DNA from: Candidatus Eiseniibacteriota bacterium
GTDB taxonomy: Bacteria > Eisenbacteria > RBG-16-71-46 > CAZAMP01
DNA: 64,000 bases
Assembly: GCA_965224245.1 (NCBI GenBank)
Contig: OZ245046.1
Location: forward strand, 4,096,001 to 4,160,000
Direction: 5' to 3'
Shown here: in pieces, positions 8,747 through 21,336 of the stretch
Position numbering within the stretch: the stretch's first letter is position 1
Layout of the letters: every line of letters begins with the position of its first letter
Program-made: the position numbers and the translations under genes
The notes under the pieces: model-generated
What the model was told of the DNA's origin: nothing
Database searches by the model: none
The model's input: the letters and a program-made list of their open reading frames with translations, nothing else

Positions 8747-10772
8747 ACGTGGCCTACGGCCACCGTTACGGCGGGTCCGCCGTAGCCACGAAAGGACCTG
8801 GCGATGATCGGAAGAACGCTGGGGCCGTATGAGGTCCTTTCCAAGCTTGGCGCAGGCGGCATGGGCGAGGTCTATCGAGCCAAGGACACCAAACTCGGGC
8901 GCGATGTCGCGCTCAAGATCCTGCCTGACGCGTTCGCCCAGGACGCGGATCGACTCGCGCGGTTCAGGCGGGAAGCGCAGGTCCTTGCGGCGCTGAACCA
9001 CCCGAACATTGCCCACATACACGGCCTCGAAGACAGCGGCGGCACGCACGCCCTCGTCATGGAACTGGTCGAGGGTGCGACCCTGGCAGACCGCATCGCA
9101 CAGGGCCCCATTCCCGTCGGTGAAGCCCTGCCGATCGCGAAGCAGATCGCCGAAGCGTTGGAGGCCGCGCACGAGCAGGGCATCATTCATCGCGATCTCA
9201 AGCCGGCCAATATCAAGCTCCGCGACGACGGCACGGTGAAGGTCCTGGACTTCGGTTTGGCCAAGGCACTGGAGTCGCCGGGGACGATGGCGTCAACGAA
9301 CGCGTCGATGTCGCCGACTATCACGTTGCCGGCCATGACCGAGATGGGCATGATCCTCGGCACGGCCGCTTACATGTCGCCCGAGCAGGCCGTCGGCAAA
9401 CCCGCGGACAAGCGCAGCGACCTGTGGTCGTTTGGCGTCGTCCTCCTGGAAATGCTGACCGGCCGCCGGGTCTTCGAGGGCGAGACGGTGTCCCACGTCC
9501 TCGCCTCGGTGTTGAAGGACACGCCGGACTGGACCAGGCTGCCGGCCGACACCCCCGCGGCGATCCGCAGGGTCCTCCGGCGCTGCCTGGAGCGGGATCG
9601 CCGCAGGCGGCTCGCGGACGCCGCCGATGCGCGTCTCGACATCGAAGACGCGCTGGCACCAAACCGTGACGAGCGCGCGTCCCCGCCGGGCACCGCGCCG
9701 GCGCGGCTTCGAACCTTCGCATGGCCCCTGGCGTTCACGGCGGCTGCGGTACTTGCGGTGACCGGCTACCTTCGAGTGGACGGCACCGGGGCAGGCGACG
9801 CTGAGTCGACCTTCCCGATTCAGTTCGGCGTGAGCATCCCCGACGTCGACGTGCGCAGTGCCGTCCCGTCTCCCGACGGACGTATGCTCGCGATCGGAGG
9901 GGTCCGATCTGGCGGGCAGCGGGGTCTCTGGATTCGGCGGCTCGACGACCCAACGGCGAAGGAAGTGCCGAACCTCGACGGGTTCACGGGCTCCGTCGCG
10001 TGGTCTCCGGACGGAACCGAGGTCGCCGCAAGCACCGAACGTGGCGTGGTCGCCATCCGACTCGAGACCGGTATCGTGCGTTCGCTGACGTCCGACGCGA
10101 CCTTTGCTCCCGGATCGTGGGGAGCCGGTGGTTCCATTCTGGCGACGGCGACCTGGGGGCGCGCGCTCGACGTGACGACCGGCGAAATGCTCACCACCGT
10201 GCCGGGTCTGGGTGCTAGGTCCTCCTTCCTTCCTGATGGCCGCCAGTTTCTGTTCAACGGCCCGGGGAAGGCCGCAGTCGGCGGTCCCAAGGGCGTCTAC
10301 CTTGGCTCGGTCGATTCGCCAGGTGAAGCGCGCCTGGTGCTGCCGTTTCACGCGATCGCCCGGTTCTCGGACGGGTATCTGCTGTTCGTCCGCGACGGCA
10401 CGCTCTTCGCCCAGCCGTTCGACCCGGAGCGTGCGGAAGTAGACGGACAGCCGGCGCCGATCGTTGACGGTGTGACGTTCTTTCAGCCGACTGGCTCGGC
10501 GACCTTCGATGTTCGTGGTAGCACGCTCACCTACGAGACGCCTCCTCCCGCGGACGCTCCAGTGTGGGTCGATCGCACAGGGGCTGAAATCGGCGTCCTC
10601 GGCGCGCCCGGAATCTACTACCAACACCCCGTCATCTCTCCCGACGGCCGCCGCGTCGTGACCTATACAGTGGACCGTCGCCAGGGGACGGGCGATTTGT
10701 GGCTGTACGACGTCGCGCGTGAGAGCACCACCCGGCTGACCAACGACGAGAACTCCGAAGGAAGCGTTCGGT

Positions 10773-12125
10773 GGATCCGTCCCGAGTCCTGTGGAAAAAC
10801 GAAAATGGCGTAACCTCCTGGTTGCCAAACCAGACCGCCCACCGGGCGAGGAGGAAACGCCATGGCTCAGTCTACCACCGCTCCGTCCCAACTTCCCGTC
10901 CGTCACGTCGTTCGTGAGCTTCTCCAGCAGCGGATCGCACAGGTCGTCGAGGTCGTGATCGAGGAGGAGCTGTCGGAGCTTCTCGGGTCTTCTCGATACC
11001 AGCGGACCGATGAGCGTCGAGGCTATCGGAACGGGCGAACGTCGCGAACGATCACGACGGAGTCCGGTCCGATGGAGATCTCGGTTCCCAGGGCTCGCGT
11101 CCGCGACGAGTCGGGGAACACCACCGAGTTCACGAGCGAGATCCTGCCCCGCTACGCCCGTCGTACCCGCCGGGTCGACGACGCCATCCTCGGGGTGTAT
11201 CTCGCCGGCGCGAACAGTCGACGTATCCGCAAGGCGCTTCTGCCGCTTCTTGGCGAAGCGAACCTCTCGAAGAGCGCCGTTTCTCGGGTCGTATCTCGAC
11301 TCAAGGCGCTGTTCCAGAGCTGGAGCGAGCGGGACCTGAGCGAGGAGACCTATCCGATCGTCATGCTCGATGCGATCCACCTGAAGGTGCGGCTGGCTCG
11401 CCGGGTGGTGAGCGTGCCGGTCCTGGTGGTGATGGGCGTCGATGAGGCCGGAAACAAGCGCCTGGTGGCGCTTCGACTCGCCGCCAGCGAGGCGGCGACG
11501 AACTGGGGCGCGGTGATCGAGGACCTTGGGGCTCGCGGACTCCCGAGTCCTGAGCTGATCATCAGCGACGGTCACAAAGGACTGCTTCGCGCGGTTGCGC
11601 TCTGGCCCGAAGCTGGCGTTCAGCGGTGCACGGTTCACAAGCGTGCGAATCTCGAGGCGTGCTGTCCGGTCCATGCCCGGCCTGAGCTCGCCCGCGACTA
11701 CCACGCGATCGTCATGGCCACCTCGGCCATGGACGCACGAGGGGCGTACGACGCGTTCCTGGGTAAGTGGCGGACGCTCTGTCCGGCCGTCGCGAGAAGT
11801 CTCGAGGAGGTGGGGCATCAGCTCCTCACGTTCTACGAGTTCCCCAAGCCGATGTGGAAGTCGCTGCGATCGACCAACTCGATCGAGAATCTGAACCGAG
11901 AGTTCCGCCGGCGGACCAAGACCCAAGCGTCGTTCTCGACCGAAGAGGCGGCGCTGACGTTGCTCTACGGTCTCGTTGCGTTCGGTCAGATCAAGATGCG
12001 CAAGATCAACGGACACCAGCACGTGGCCACGATCTCGGCTCGGAGGTGCCGAGACGCCGCGTAACGCGCTACTATCACGCAATCAGGAGGGCGCTACGCT
12101 TTTCCACAACAATCGGGACGCATCC
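10773..12125 (+). mobile_element. IS256-family insertion sequence with 8-bp TSD CGTTCGGT
   Basis: Terminal inverted repeats GGATCCGTCCCGAGTCCTGTGGAAAA / TTTTCCACAACAATCGGGACGCATCC; TSD at 10765-10772 and 12126-12133. Confidence 0.93.
10862..12064 (+). CDS. IS256-family transposase
   Basis: GYRNG, VPRAR, LDA, ISDGHKGL, QRCTVH and STNSIENLNREFRRR motifs. Confidence 0.95.
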   Translation: MAQSTTAPSQLPVRHVVRELLQQRIAQVVEVVIEEELSELLGSSRYQRTDERRGYRNGRTSRTITTESGPMEISVPRARVRDESGNTTEFTSEILPRYARRTRRVDDAILGVYLAGANSRRIRKALLPLLGEANLSKSAVSRVVSRLKALFQSWSERDLSEETYPIVMLDAIHLKVRLARRVVSVPVLVVMGVDEAGNKRLVALRLAASEAATNWGAVIEDLGARGLPSPELIISDGHKGLLRAVALWPEAGVQRCTVHKRANLEACCPVHARPELARDYHAIVMATSAMDARGAYDAFLGKWRTLCPAVARSLEEVGHQLLTFYEFPKPMWKSLRSTNSIENLNREFRRRTKTQASFSTEEAALTLLYGLVAFGQIKMRKINGHQHVATISARRCRDAA

Positions 12126-12792
12126 CGTTCGGTGGTGCCCCGACGGAAAGTCGATCGTCTACGGGTGGGATCGCGACGGTGCGCCCGATGTCTACGCGCT
12201 CGACGTGGACGGCAACGCGTCGCCGCGCCTCGTGTTCGCATCCAAGCGTGTCGACTACCCGCTGGCGTGTCTCCCCGGGAATCGGGTGCTCGTGAAGACG
12301 ACATCCAGAGGAGCCGTGGACTACCACCTCGTCAACCTGGACGGCCGGGTCGAAGACGAGGCGGCGAACGTCTCCAGGCCCGATGGTGGAGTCGTCTCTC
12401 CGGACGGCCGCTGGCTGGCCTTCACGTCGCGAACCTCGGAGGACCTCGAGGTCTACGTCCAGCCGTTGGAGCGCCAGGGAAACGCTTTCCAGGTGTCGCA
12501 TGGCGGCGGGGAGGATCCGGTCTGGGCGCAGGACGGCCGCTCGATCTACTACCGCACGCGCCGGCGCATCTACCAGGCCGCGGTTCGTCCGGGTGCGGTG
12601 TTCTCGAGTGACCGGCCCGTTCTGGTGCTGTCGCTGGACCGCGACATTCAATCGTTCAGTCCCACGCCGGACGGGCAACGATTCCTCGTCCTGTTCGAGC
12701 CACCCGCCGGATTCCTCCCGGTGCAGGTCATCGTGAACTGGCAGGCCAAACTCAATCGTTGACCGCTCCTCATCGAGCGGCACGGGGCCACG

Positions 12793-13139
12793 GGCGAGAT
12801 TGGCGGCGATAACGGCGCGGAAAACATCTACGACAAGAAGTACTATCGCTCGGTCGAAGAGAGGACTCCCGTTCACGACACCATCGGCGGTGTCTTTACC
12901 GTGGACCAGTATCAGTATCCTCCCCGTTCTTGCTGGGTCCGTATCTCGTCTATTCAGTAGGCCTGGACTTCTTCGTACTGCCACTGCCCATCGGACCCGC
13001 AAACAGCGCCTTTGACTCCATTTTCATGATTGCGGCGATCGTATTCGCGGTCCTGGGGGCCATTGCCGTGGCTGTACGCCCGGCATCCACCGATGGCGTG
13101 TTGTCAGGCAACGAGGCGTTCGAACATCCGGATCCTTGA
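12793..13139 (+). pseudogene. Frameshifted membrane-protein fragment, GT87/DUF2029-like
   Basis: GAENIYDKKYY...DQYQYPP, then a frame change into FLLGPYLVY and hydrophobic segments. Confidence 0.4.
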
Positions 13140-13158
13140 TGCGTGACTCTCCGTGAGG

Positions 13159-13206
13159 AGCGTAAGGGGAGTCACGGTTCTAGTTAGATCCTGTACGGGG
13201 AGCCAA
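13159..13206 (+). repeat. att-like repeat copy A ending in a tRNA-Asn-like 3' end
   Basis: AGCGTAAGGGGA..GTTCTAGTT..TCCTGTACGGGGAGCCAA, nearly identical to 19311-19355. Confidence 0.75.
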
Positions 13207-13276
13207 CGTCTGGCAGCGTCTACGGCGTAGTGTCCGAAGACTCGACCGCGTTGCCAAACACTAGCTTACGAGCCCC

Positions 13277-13740
13277 GTGCTAGACCCGTCGCATGTGCGA
13301 ATCATCCATCTCCGGCTCCTGCTGGCCACGTTCTCGACCTGGATCGGGCACCGGCAGGCATCGGTGATCGTGTACCTGATCGAAGAGAACCGCGTCCTCA
13401 AAGAGCAGCTTGAAGCCGACGGCCGGAAGCTCCGCTTCACCGACGACCAGCGTCGGGGACTGGCCGCCAAGGGCAAGCCCCTGGGCCGCAAGATACTCCA
13501 GCAGATCGCAACGATCGTGACACCATCCTCGCTTGGCACCGCCGGCTGATCGCGGCGAAGTGGACGTATCCGCGTCAGCGCGTCGACAGTCCCGGGGTCA
13601 TGAAGGAGATCCGCGAACTCATCGTTCGGATGGCAGAGGAGAACCCGAGCTGGGAATACGCTCGTATCCGGGTTGCCCTCAAACACCTGGACCATCCCGT
13701 GGCACGGAGCACGATCGGCAAGGTGTTGAGGGGAACCCGA
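13277..13740 (+). pseudogene. Integrase/transposase (rve-type) N-terminal fragment, frameshifted
   Basis: EENRVLKEQL..KLRFTDDQRR..IATIVTP, then LAWHRRLIAAKW and IRELIVRMAEENPSW..RI..ALKHL in other frames. Confidence 0.75.
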
Positions 13741-13756
13741 GTCCGAGGGTGACCTG

Positions 13757-14290
13757 GGGTCCACCCCGCACCGCGCGAGACCGCCGTCCGCTCGTTGTCC
13801 ACGCGGATCGTGGCCGGCACGCCCTCCAGACGCCGCAGCGCCTCGTTGTGCACGTGATGCCACGAGAGCTGGTCCTTGCGCCGCGACCACACCCGAACCG
13901 CGTACCGGCTGTAGCTCAGCTGAAGCTCGAACGCGTACAGACGCTCGCGCCGGCCGCCGATCCACACGTCCCGCCACTCGCTCCAGTCCGCCTGCGCTTG
14001 CGCGCCCGGCGGGGTCTCCACGCGTCGGCGGGCGCGGCGCGCGGGCGTGGGGTAGTGCGTGCGAACGAAGCGCTGTACCGAGCGCAGGCTCCCCGTGTAG
14101 CGATGCTCCTCCTGGAGATGATCGTGAAGGGCGGCCACGTTGAGCGGACCGGTGCCACGGGACTCGATCCACCGCGTGATGGCCTCGGCGTGCGCGCTCG
14201 CCAGATGCGGCTGATCGGCCCGGCCGTCGTGGTCGCCCTGGCGGTGGCGTCGGAGATGGTAGCGAACCGTGCCCTCGGTCACGCTCTCCG
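13757..14290 (-). pseudogene. istA: IS21-family transposase IstA fragment
   Basis: YTGSLRSVQRF, RVETPPGAQAQADW, LSYSR and GVPATIRVDN motifs; truncated at both ends. Confidence 0.85.
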
Positions 14291-14420
14291 TTGCGCCGAA
14301 CCCACTAACGGCGTCGACCACGATCGAGATCACCCAAGCGCCCTTCTTGTCCCCCTGCACTTCTCTCGAAGCTCGGACGGTTTCGCTCGTCAACAACAAG
14401 CGTGAAGTCGGAGCATGAGG

Positions 14421-15740
14421 TCAGTCAAGAACCGTCAATCTCGTCGTGCCTCGGCGATCCGGCGACCAGTACTTGACGAAGTACACGCCAGGAAGCACGC
14501 GGCGACCGTGGTCATCGAGTCGGTCCCAAGCGATCTCTGTATGCCGTCGGTTTCGGTGGTCGAGCGTCCGCACGAGTCGCCCGGCGACGTCGTAGACTCC
14601 TACACGTCCCTCCGGTGTCGCCGTGTCACGGATCGAGATGATCACATGATGCGTGGACGGATTCGGTGCCGCGCGCAACTCGACTCGGCTGGGACCAAGC
14701 CCTTGTGAAACCGAGAGGATCCCTTGAAGTGTCGCGACCGGTTCGACGGCAACGTAGGGACGCACGAAGACATAGTCAGTACGCGTCGTGGTCGGTTCGA
14801 AGACAGACCAACTGGAGTCAGGCGACTTGCCGAGAAGGCCGAGTCGACCCACCGACACCCCTTCGAAGTCGGGCGACTCTTCGGTGATGGTGCCATTCAG
14901 CGTGCGCGTGAGGGGGCCTGGCGGCACGACAAAGACCTCCTTGAAGTATCCGCTTGAGCCGGGAAACGTGACCACAGTGCCGTCGCTCGGGTCGTTCTCG
15001 TCTCTTGAGGCGGTAGTAGGCGGAACTCGACTCGGGCCGGTGAAGACCGCCGACTCGTAGTCACCCACTCCCTCGCGCCGGAGTGAGGCGTATCCAATTG
15101 AGGAGTAGAGTGGTGTCTCAACGAGCCCGTAGTAAACCACCGAGTAGTAGTAGTCATTGCCTCCCGGTACGATCTGCTGCCGGAACTCGATGATCTTGGG
15201 ACCGTTGAGAACCGACTGAGACTCGATCTCCAGCTCCATGAAGTCCGGACCGCGCCCCATCATGAGCACTCCATCGCTGACTTCCAGGGTCGTGCCTTCG
15301 TCCTGCAAGAGAACCGCCCACTTGCCATCCGTGTCCAGCGCGTCTCCTTCGAAGTCATCGAAGAAGTCGAAGATCGCATCGCCATCCATGCCGCTCGCGA
15401 AGTCCGGGTTGCCATAGAGGAGAAACAGCTCGATACTCGAACCTGGCGAGATCTGCGGTACCAACGTCCAAATGCGACTGGTCCCGGTTGGACTCCACGT
15501 TTCGATCCAATGCGGCAGGTCGTTCGCCTCATGGTCGATGAAGTGAATGTCCCTACCGTCGCTGGTCGCGCCACCGTAGTCGAACGTCGACGGCGTCAGA
15601 TCGACTGCCAGCGGATGGTTCATCAGCTCTACCCCGGTCGCGTCCAGTGCCACGTGCACCACCTGGTAGGTCTCGGCCGCATCTGCGGCAGATGATGAAA
15701 GCACGACCGCGATCGCCGCGATGTGCCTGACGGCGTGCAT
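14421..15740 (-). CDS. Secreted DUF2341-domain protein with C-terminal FlgD/T9SS-like Ig domain
   Basis: Signal peptide; DGRDIHF..LPHWIETW..RIW..LLYGNP..FDFFDDF; CTD APNP..VYDVAGRLVRTL..PGVYFV. Confidence 0.85.
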   Translation of the reverse strand: MHAVRHIAAIAVVLSSSAADAAETYQVVHVALDATGVELMNHPLAVDLTPSTFDYGGATSDGRDIHFIDHEANDLPHWIETWSPTGTSRIWTLVPQISPGSSIELFLLYGNPDFASGMDGDAIFDFFDDFEGDALDTDGKWAVLLQDEGTTLEVSDGVLMMGRGPDFMELEIESQSVLNGPKIIEFRQQIVPGGNDYYYSVVYYGLVETPLYSSIGYASLRREGVGDYESAVFTGPSRVPPTTASRDENDPSDGTVVTFPGSSGYFKEVFVVPPGPLTRTLNGTITEESPDFEGVSVGRLGLLGKSPDSSWSVFEPTTTRTDYVFVRPYVAVEPVATLQGILSVSQGLGPSRVELRAAPNPSTHHVIISIRDTATPEGRVGVYDVAGRLVRTLDHRNRRHTEIAWDRLDDHGRRVLPGVYFVKYWSPDRRGTTRLTVLD

Positions 15741-15999
15741 TGTCTTCTCCTCTCCGTCGAGGGAGAGTGCTCTTTGGCTCCGGATGAGAGCACCTCCGAT
15801 TCTTGATGCAGATACGGAAACTGTCGTGCGGCTTCAGGCAACGATGCCTGGATAACACAACTGCAAAGGACTCGCACGTCTCCGAAGAGGATACCGTACC
15901 TGCACCGGCCACTCCTGCCCGGCGCGAAGTTCCCCGCGACACTCCGCCTGACGACCCCTCCGGATCAGGAAACGGGAGTGGTCACCGCGCTCGGCCCCA

Positions 16000-17640
16000 T
16001 CACCTCGAGGTTCCGCCTACCGCCCCTTTCGTCATTGTGGCGTCGTAGCGACCCGGGGCGAGAACACCCCCTGGATCGACGGCATGCTTGAGCCGCCCCA
16101 GCACCGCATCGTAATCCAGTTGACTTCGAGGAAGTTGCGTCATCGAGCGAACTCCCAAGCGGTGGCAGTAGAACCCAGCGGCCATGAGTGCGGTGTGCAT
16201 TCGATCGTGACAGTCGAGTGCCTTGGAATCCTCCTCGGTATCGTCGCGATCAAACACGATGGAGGGCAGGACGTAAACACACCTCTCCGAGGGGAAAGTC
16301 AGCGCGATATTGGGTTCAAAGCCAAACTCCATGCAGCATTGCTCGGCAATGTCGATCGCCTGGGTGATCGCGTCCGGATCAAAGGGAACCGCCGGGCACA
16401 GCCACAATAGACCGCATTGATCCCGTTCGGGGTCAGGCGCAGCTGGCACCGGGGTCCTTTTACGCCAGTAAACGCCGTTGGTGCTCTTGTGGGTGGGGTA
16501 GCCGAGGAAGACGGATTCATGCACCAGACTCGTCATCAGCGATCGAACGTCGATCCGAGCCCACCGTTTCAGGGGAGCGTGGAACAGCCCCAGCATGCGT
16601 GCTTTCAGGCGATCGAGTACGACCAGCGGGTCGACGCTCCCACGTAGGCCGTGTTTCAGCGCGGTGCGGTCGGCCTTGGCGTGGGCTGAGCTAGGAGAGT
16701 AGAGGCCTCCGACGCCGACCCATTGCGCCCCGCCGAACGGCAAGTGCAGTTGCTGGAGGTCAGCGGCCTGAAGTGGTTTCCTCCCTCCCGTTAGGCGCCA
16801 TGGAAACTGACCCTCAGACGCCGCGAGCTTGTAGTGGTTCCAGATAGCAAGACTATTCGGCGCGATGATCCCTTGCGCCATCAAGCGCTTCACACGATCA
16901 CAGGTCTGCCGCAATCCATCGGCGTGCCGGATAGCGAACAGGTATGCCTGAAAGTGAGACGGACGTTCGGCCAGCCAAATCGTCGCCTCTGTTACCACAC
17001 CAAGGTTCGATTGAGAGAACAGCCCGTCCAAGCTCGGACCGACACCCCATCGATGAAGGGCACGCGCGCGGGCTCCCTCGAGTCGTCCAAAGCCGGTGCG
17101 TAAGCACTCTCCAGTCGGCAAGACAACCTGAGCATCTGCGAAGTGCGAGAAGCGCTCACCAAGCGGACCTACGCCATCGCCGCGTTCAACGGCATTGCCT
17201 ATGAGACTCGCGTCGGGAGGACCTCCGATCATCGCCAGATACCGCTGAGAACCTCGCTCGCCCAAGAAGCTGGCTACCTGCTGAAACGTCACACCAGGCT
17301 GTACCGTGATGGTACCCATTGCGTCGTCGTAGTCCACAATCTGATCCATGCGGGACAGATCCAGAAGAACTGCGCCGGACTCGATGGGGACCTTGGCTCC
17401 GAGCCCCCAATTGCGCCCGCGGCTCGTCGGGTAGACAGCGATACTGTTCTGGGTGGCAATCCTCAGGCAAGCCTGTACCTGGCCCTTGTCCGAGGGGCGC
17501 AAGATTGCCCGGATGCTTTGCTCGGTCCGGAAGGTCGTTCGCTCAGATGGACCGATCGTCTCACGATCGATGATGACCTGCTCGTGACCAAGAACTCGCC
17601 GCCAACTGGAAATGGCGAACCGAAGCTCTCCGGAGTTCAT
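16000..17640 (-). CDS. FAD-binding oxidoreductase (VAO / p-cresol methylhydroxylase flavoprotein family)
   Basis: SRGRNWGLG, VQPGVTF, GNAVERG, GPSLDGLFSQSNLGVVT and DPGGVLAPGRY motifs; alternative start at 17709. Confidence 0.88.
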   Translation of the reverse strand: MNSGELRFAISSWRRVLGHEQVIIDRETIGPSERTTFRTEQSIRAILRPSDKGQVQACLRIATQNSIAVYPTSRGRNWGLGAKVPIESGAVLLDLSRMDQIVDYDDAMGTITVQPGVTFQQVASFLGERGSQRYLAMIGGPPDASLIGNAVERGDGVGPLGERFSHFADAQVVLPTGECLRTGFGRLEGARARALHRWGVGPSLDGLFSQSNLGVVTEATIWLAERPSHFQAYLFAIRHADGLRQTCDRVKRLMAQGIIAPNSLAIWNHYKLAASEGQFPWRLTGGRKPLQAADLQQLHLPFGGAQWVGVGGLYSPSSAHAKADRTALKHGLRGSVDPLVVLDRLKARMLGLFHAPLKRWARIDVRSLMTSLVHESVFLGYPTHKSTNGVYWRKRTPVPAAPDPERDQCGLLWLCPAVPFDPDAITQAIDIAEQCCMEFGFEPNIALTFPSERCVYVLPSIVFDRDDTEEDSKALDCHDRMHTALMAAGFYCHRLGVRSMTQLPRSQLDYDAVLGRLKHAVDPGGVLAPGRYDATMTKGAVGGTSR

Positions 17641-17808
17641 GTCACCCTCAGCACTGTTCGTCACGACGGCATGTCGTCGATGTTGGCTGGTGACGGAATC
17701 GTGAACCACGTTGCTTCTGTCCTCTTTCAGGAGAACTTCCTGAGACCGTGTTCGACATCGTCCGCCGGCCTGGCAGCGTGAACCGTACCGGGTTCTCCGG
17801 AGAGCTGG

Positions 17809-19142
<1,334 letters not shown>

Positions 19143-19310
19143 GGAGGTATCCTCTCAAGGAATACACCCTCCGGCAAACCCGGCGTGGTTCACACCATTC
19201 TTTGCGAGAGCGACCCGCATGGCCGTTACGTGGGCTTCCTCGTCCGGGCACATCGCTACGCCACCAGACTACCAAGTTGCCTGATTCGAGTGGCTTGTTC
19301 CGTGGTTAGC

Positions 19311-19355
19311 AGCGTAAGGGGATGAGTTCTAGTTGCGTCCTGTACGGGGAGCCAA
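19311..19355 (+). repeat. att-like repeat copy B ending in a tRNA-Asn-like 3' end
   Basis: AGCGTAAGGGGATGAGTTCTAGTTGCGTCCTGTACGGGGAGCCAA. Confidence 0.75.
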
Positions 19356-19388
19356 ACCTTTCTAACAGATTGCCTCGCGACTACTTCG

Positions 19389-19515
19389 GTTGCGAGGTTT
19401 TTGTTTGCGCTGGATTGTTGGCCCGGCGATGCGTAGGCTGGTTTCATCGCCGCGCGGAACCCCAAACCATGTCTAACCGAATCCTCAATACGATCGCACT
19501 TGCACTCCTAGGGTG
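19389..19515 (+). repeat. Leader repeat 1 (promoter-like sequence plus signal-peptide start), homologous to 21612-21740
   Basis: Shared TTTGCRCTGGA..GTAGGCTGGTTTC..AACCATG..GAATC..CGAT.GCA..GCACTCCT. Confidence 0.8.
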
Positions 19516-19569
19516 CTTGCTGAGCGGGAACCGGCGCCGTCCGAAACGTCCCACGCGAGGACCGCTGTG

Positions 19570-21336
19570 ATGAACTCCACGCCCTCCCCGGCCCGGCCCC
19601 TCCGCAGCGCCCGCTTCGCGGCGCTGCTCATCGCCCTCCTCGGCGTGATTCTCTCTCTGCCGACCCTCGACATGGGGCTGGCGATCGACGACTACCACCA
19701 TCGCGCGGCAATCACGGTGGGACGAACGGACGGCATCGCGAGCGAGGGCACCGTCACGGACCTGTTCTCCTTTGCCGACGGCGACCTGCAGACATCCGCG
19801 CAGATGATCAAGGCCGGCCATGTTCCCTGGTGGGCCGATCCGCAGATGAAGGTGAGCTTCTTCCGACCCCTGGCCGCGGCGACCGTTTTATTGGACTACG
19901 CTCTATGGTCCGAGGACGCGCGCCTCATGCACTTGCAGAACATCGTCTGGTTCGGGTTCCTGTTGCTCGTGGTTGGGCGCTACTACCTGCGGGCTTTTCC
20001 CCGCGGGATGCAATGGTTCGCCCTCGCGGCTCTGCTCCTGTTCACCGTCGACGACGCCCACTTCGTTCCGGTCTACTGGATCGCCCAGCGCAACTCGCTG
20101 ATCGCCGGCACGCTCGGCGTCCTGGCCCTGCACGCCTACCACGTGAGTCGCTCGGACGGACGCCGCCCAGTCGGCGCATGGGTCCTGTACTGCGTAGCCC
20201 TGCTCGCGGGAGAGGCCGGCATCCTGGCTTTGGCGTACATCGTCTCCTACGCCATCTTCCTCGACCGGGCAAGCGTGAGGGTGCGCGCCGCAGCGCTCCT
20301 GCCGCTGGTTGCGGTGACCGTCGTCTGGCGCGTAGGCACGGGCTTGGCAGGCTACGGCGCACAAGGCGTGGACTTCTACATCGACCCGGGCCAGGAGCCC
20401 CTACGCTTCCTCGGCGCCGTCGCCTTCCGGCTGCCCGTGCTGATCGGTGGCGTGCTCACCCCGAACAACATCGACCAGACGATCCTGGGCCCACCCGGGA
20501 CGGGCCCCCGCTTCGTCGCCATTGGCCTGGCGTCGCTCCTGGGCCTCGGCACGCTGGCCTGGCCCGTGTTGCGCACCAAACCCCTGGCGCGCACGTTCGC
20601 CCTGGGGATGCTCCTGAGCCTCGTCCCCTGTTGCGCGACCACGCCCCACCGACGGATGCTGCTCTGGGCCTCATTTGGGGCGATGCCTCTCGTGGCTTTC
20701 ACGGCCCACTACTGGTTCCGGGCGACCCGTGCCCGCGGGGCCCTGGTCCTCATTGCCCGGGCGGGTGTGCTGGTGCTGCTAGTGTTCCACGCCGTGCTGG
20801 CGCCGATCGAGTTGCATGCGTCGAAAAAGGTTCGGATGGGGTTCCAGCCGTTGTACCTGGCTCCCCTCGACGATCCCACCCTGGAGGGTGCCACCGTCGT
20901 CGCCATCAACAATCCACTGGCCTTCTTCACCGCGCACACGATCGTCGTGCAGCGTGCCGAGAGGAAGCCGGTGCCCCGGTCGATCCGCGTGCTGTCGCCG
21001 AGTTTCGCCGCGCTGACGGTGGGGCGCACGGACGCCCAAACCTTGCGTATCGTCGCAGCGGGCGGCTGGACCGCCCACCTCTTCGACCGCCTGTGGGTGC
21101 GCGCCGACCATGAGTGGACTGTCGGGCACCGCATCGATTGCGGCGAGTCCGAGGTTGAGGTCGTGGCCCTCACCGATGACGGCCGCCCAGCGGCCATCAA
21201 GGTGCGCTTCGAAGCTGAGCTTGAGGACGCCTCCCTGCACTGGTACCGCTGGAACCGCACGGGTTTCGAGCCATGGACCCCTCCTGCCCCAGGCGAGACG
21301 GTCGAGCTTCCACCAGCGATCCCCGCGGGCAGCTAG
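19570..21336 (+). CDS. Polytopic membrane protein, GT-C glycosyltransferase-like
   Basis: N-terminal TM followed by IDDY, FFRPL, WIAQRN and about 10 TM segments. Confidence 0.7.
   Translation: MNSTPSPARPLRSARFAALLIALLGVILSLPTLDMGLAIDDYHHRAAITVGRTDGIASEGTVTDLFSFADGDLQTSAQMIKAGHVPWWADPQMKVSFFRPLAAATVLLDYALWSEDARLMHLQNIVWFGFLLLVVGRYYLRAFPRGMQWFALAALLLFTVDDAHFVPVYWIAQRNSLIAGTLGVLALHAYHVSRSDGRRPVGAWVLYCVALLAGEAGILALAYIVSYAIFLDRASVRVRAAALLPLVAVTVVWRVGTGLAGYGAQGVDFYIDPGQEPLRFLGAVAFRLPVLIGGVLTPNNIDQTILGPPGTGPRFVAIGLASLLGLGTLAWPVLRTKPLARTFALGMLLSLVPCCATTPHRRMLLWASFGAMPLVAFTAHYWFRATRARGALVLIARAGVLVLLVFHAVLAPIELHASKKVRMGFQPLYLAPLDDPTLEGATVVAINNPLAFFTAHTIVVQRAERKPVPRSIRVLSPSFAALTVGRTDAQTLRIVAAGGWTAHLFDRLWVRADHEWTVGHRIDCGESEVEVVALTDDGRPAAIKVRFEAELEDASLHWYRWNRTGFEPWTPPAPGETVELPPAIPAGS

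Larger units (their letters stand above)
8804..12762 (+). pseudogene. Hanks-type Ser/Thr kinase with TM and PD40/TolB-like propellers, interrupted by IS256
   Basis: GAGGMGEVY, HRDLKPAN, DFG and YMSPE motifs, SPDG repeats; removing the IS and one TSD restores EGSVRWCPDGK in frame. Confidence 0.93.

Noticed and set aside
9293-12082. Long antisense ORFs (929 aa here; also 3674-5755, 42489-44138, 62339-63961 and others)
   Set aside because: Shadow frames of real genes in high-GC DNA, with no recognisable motifs.
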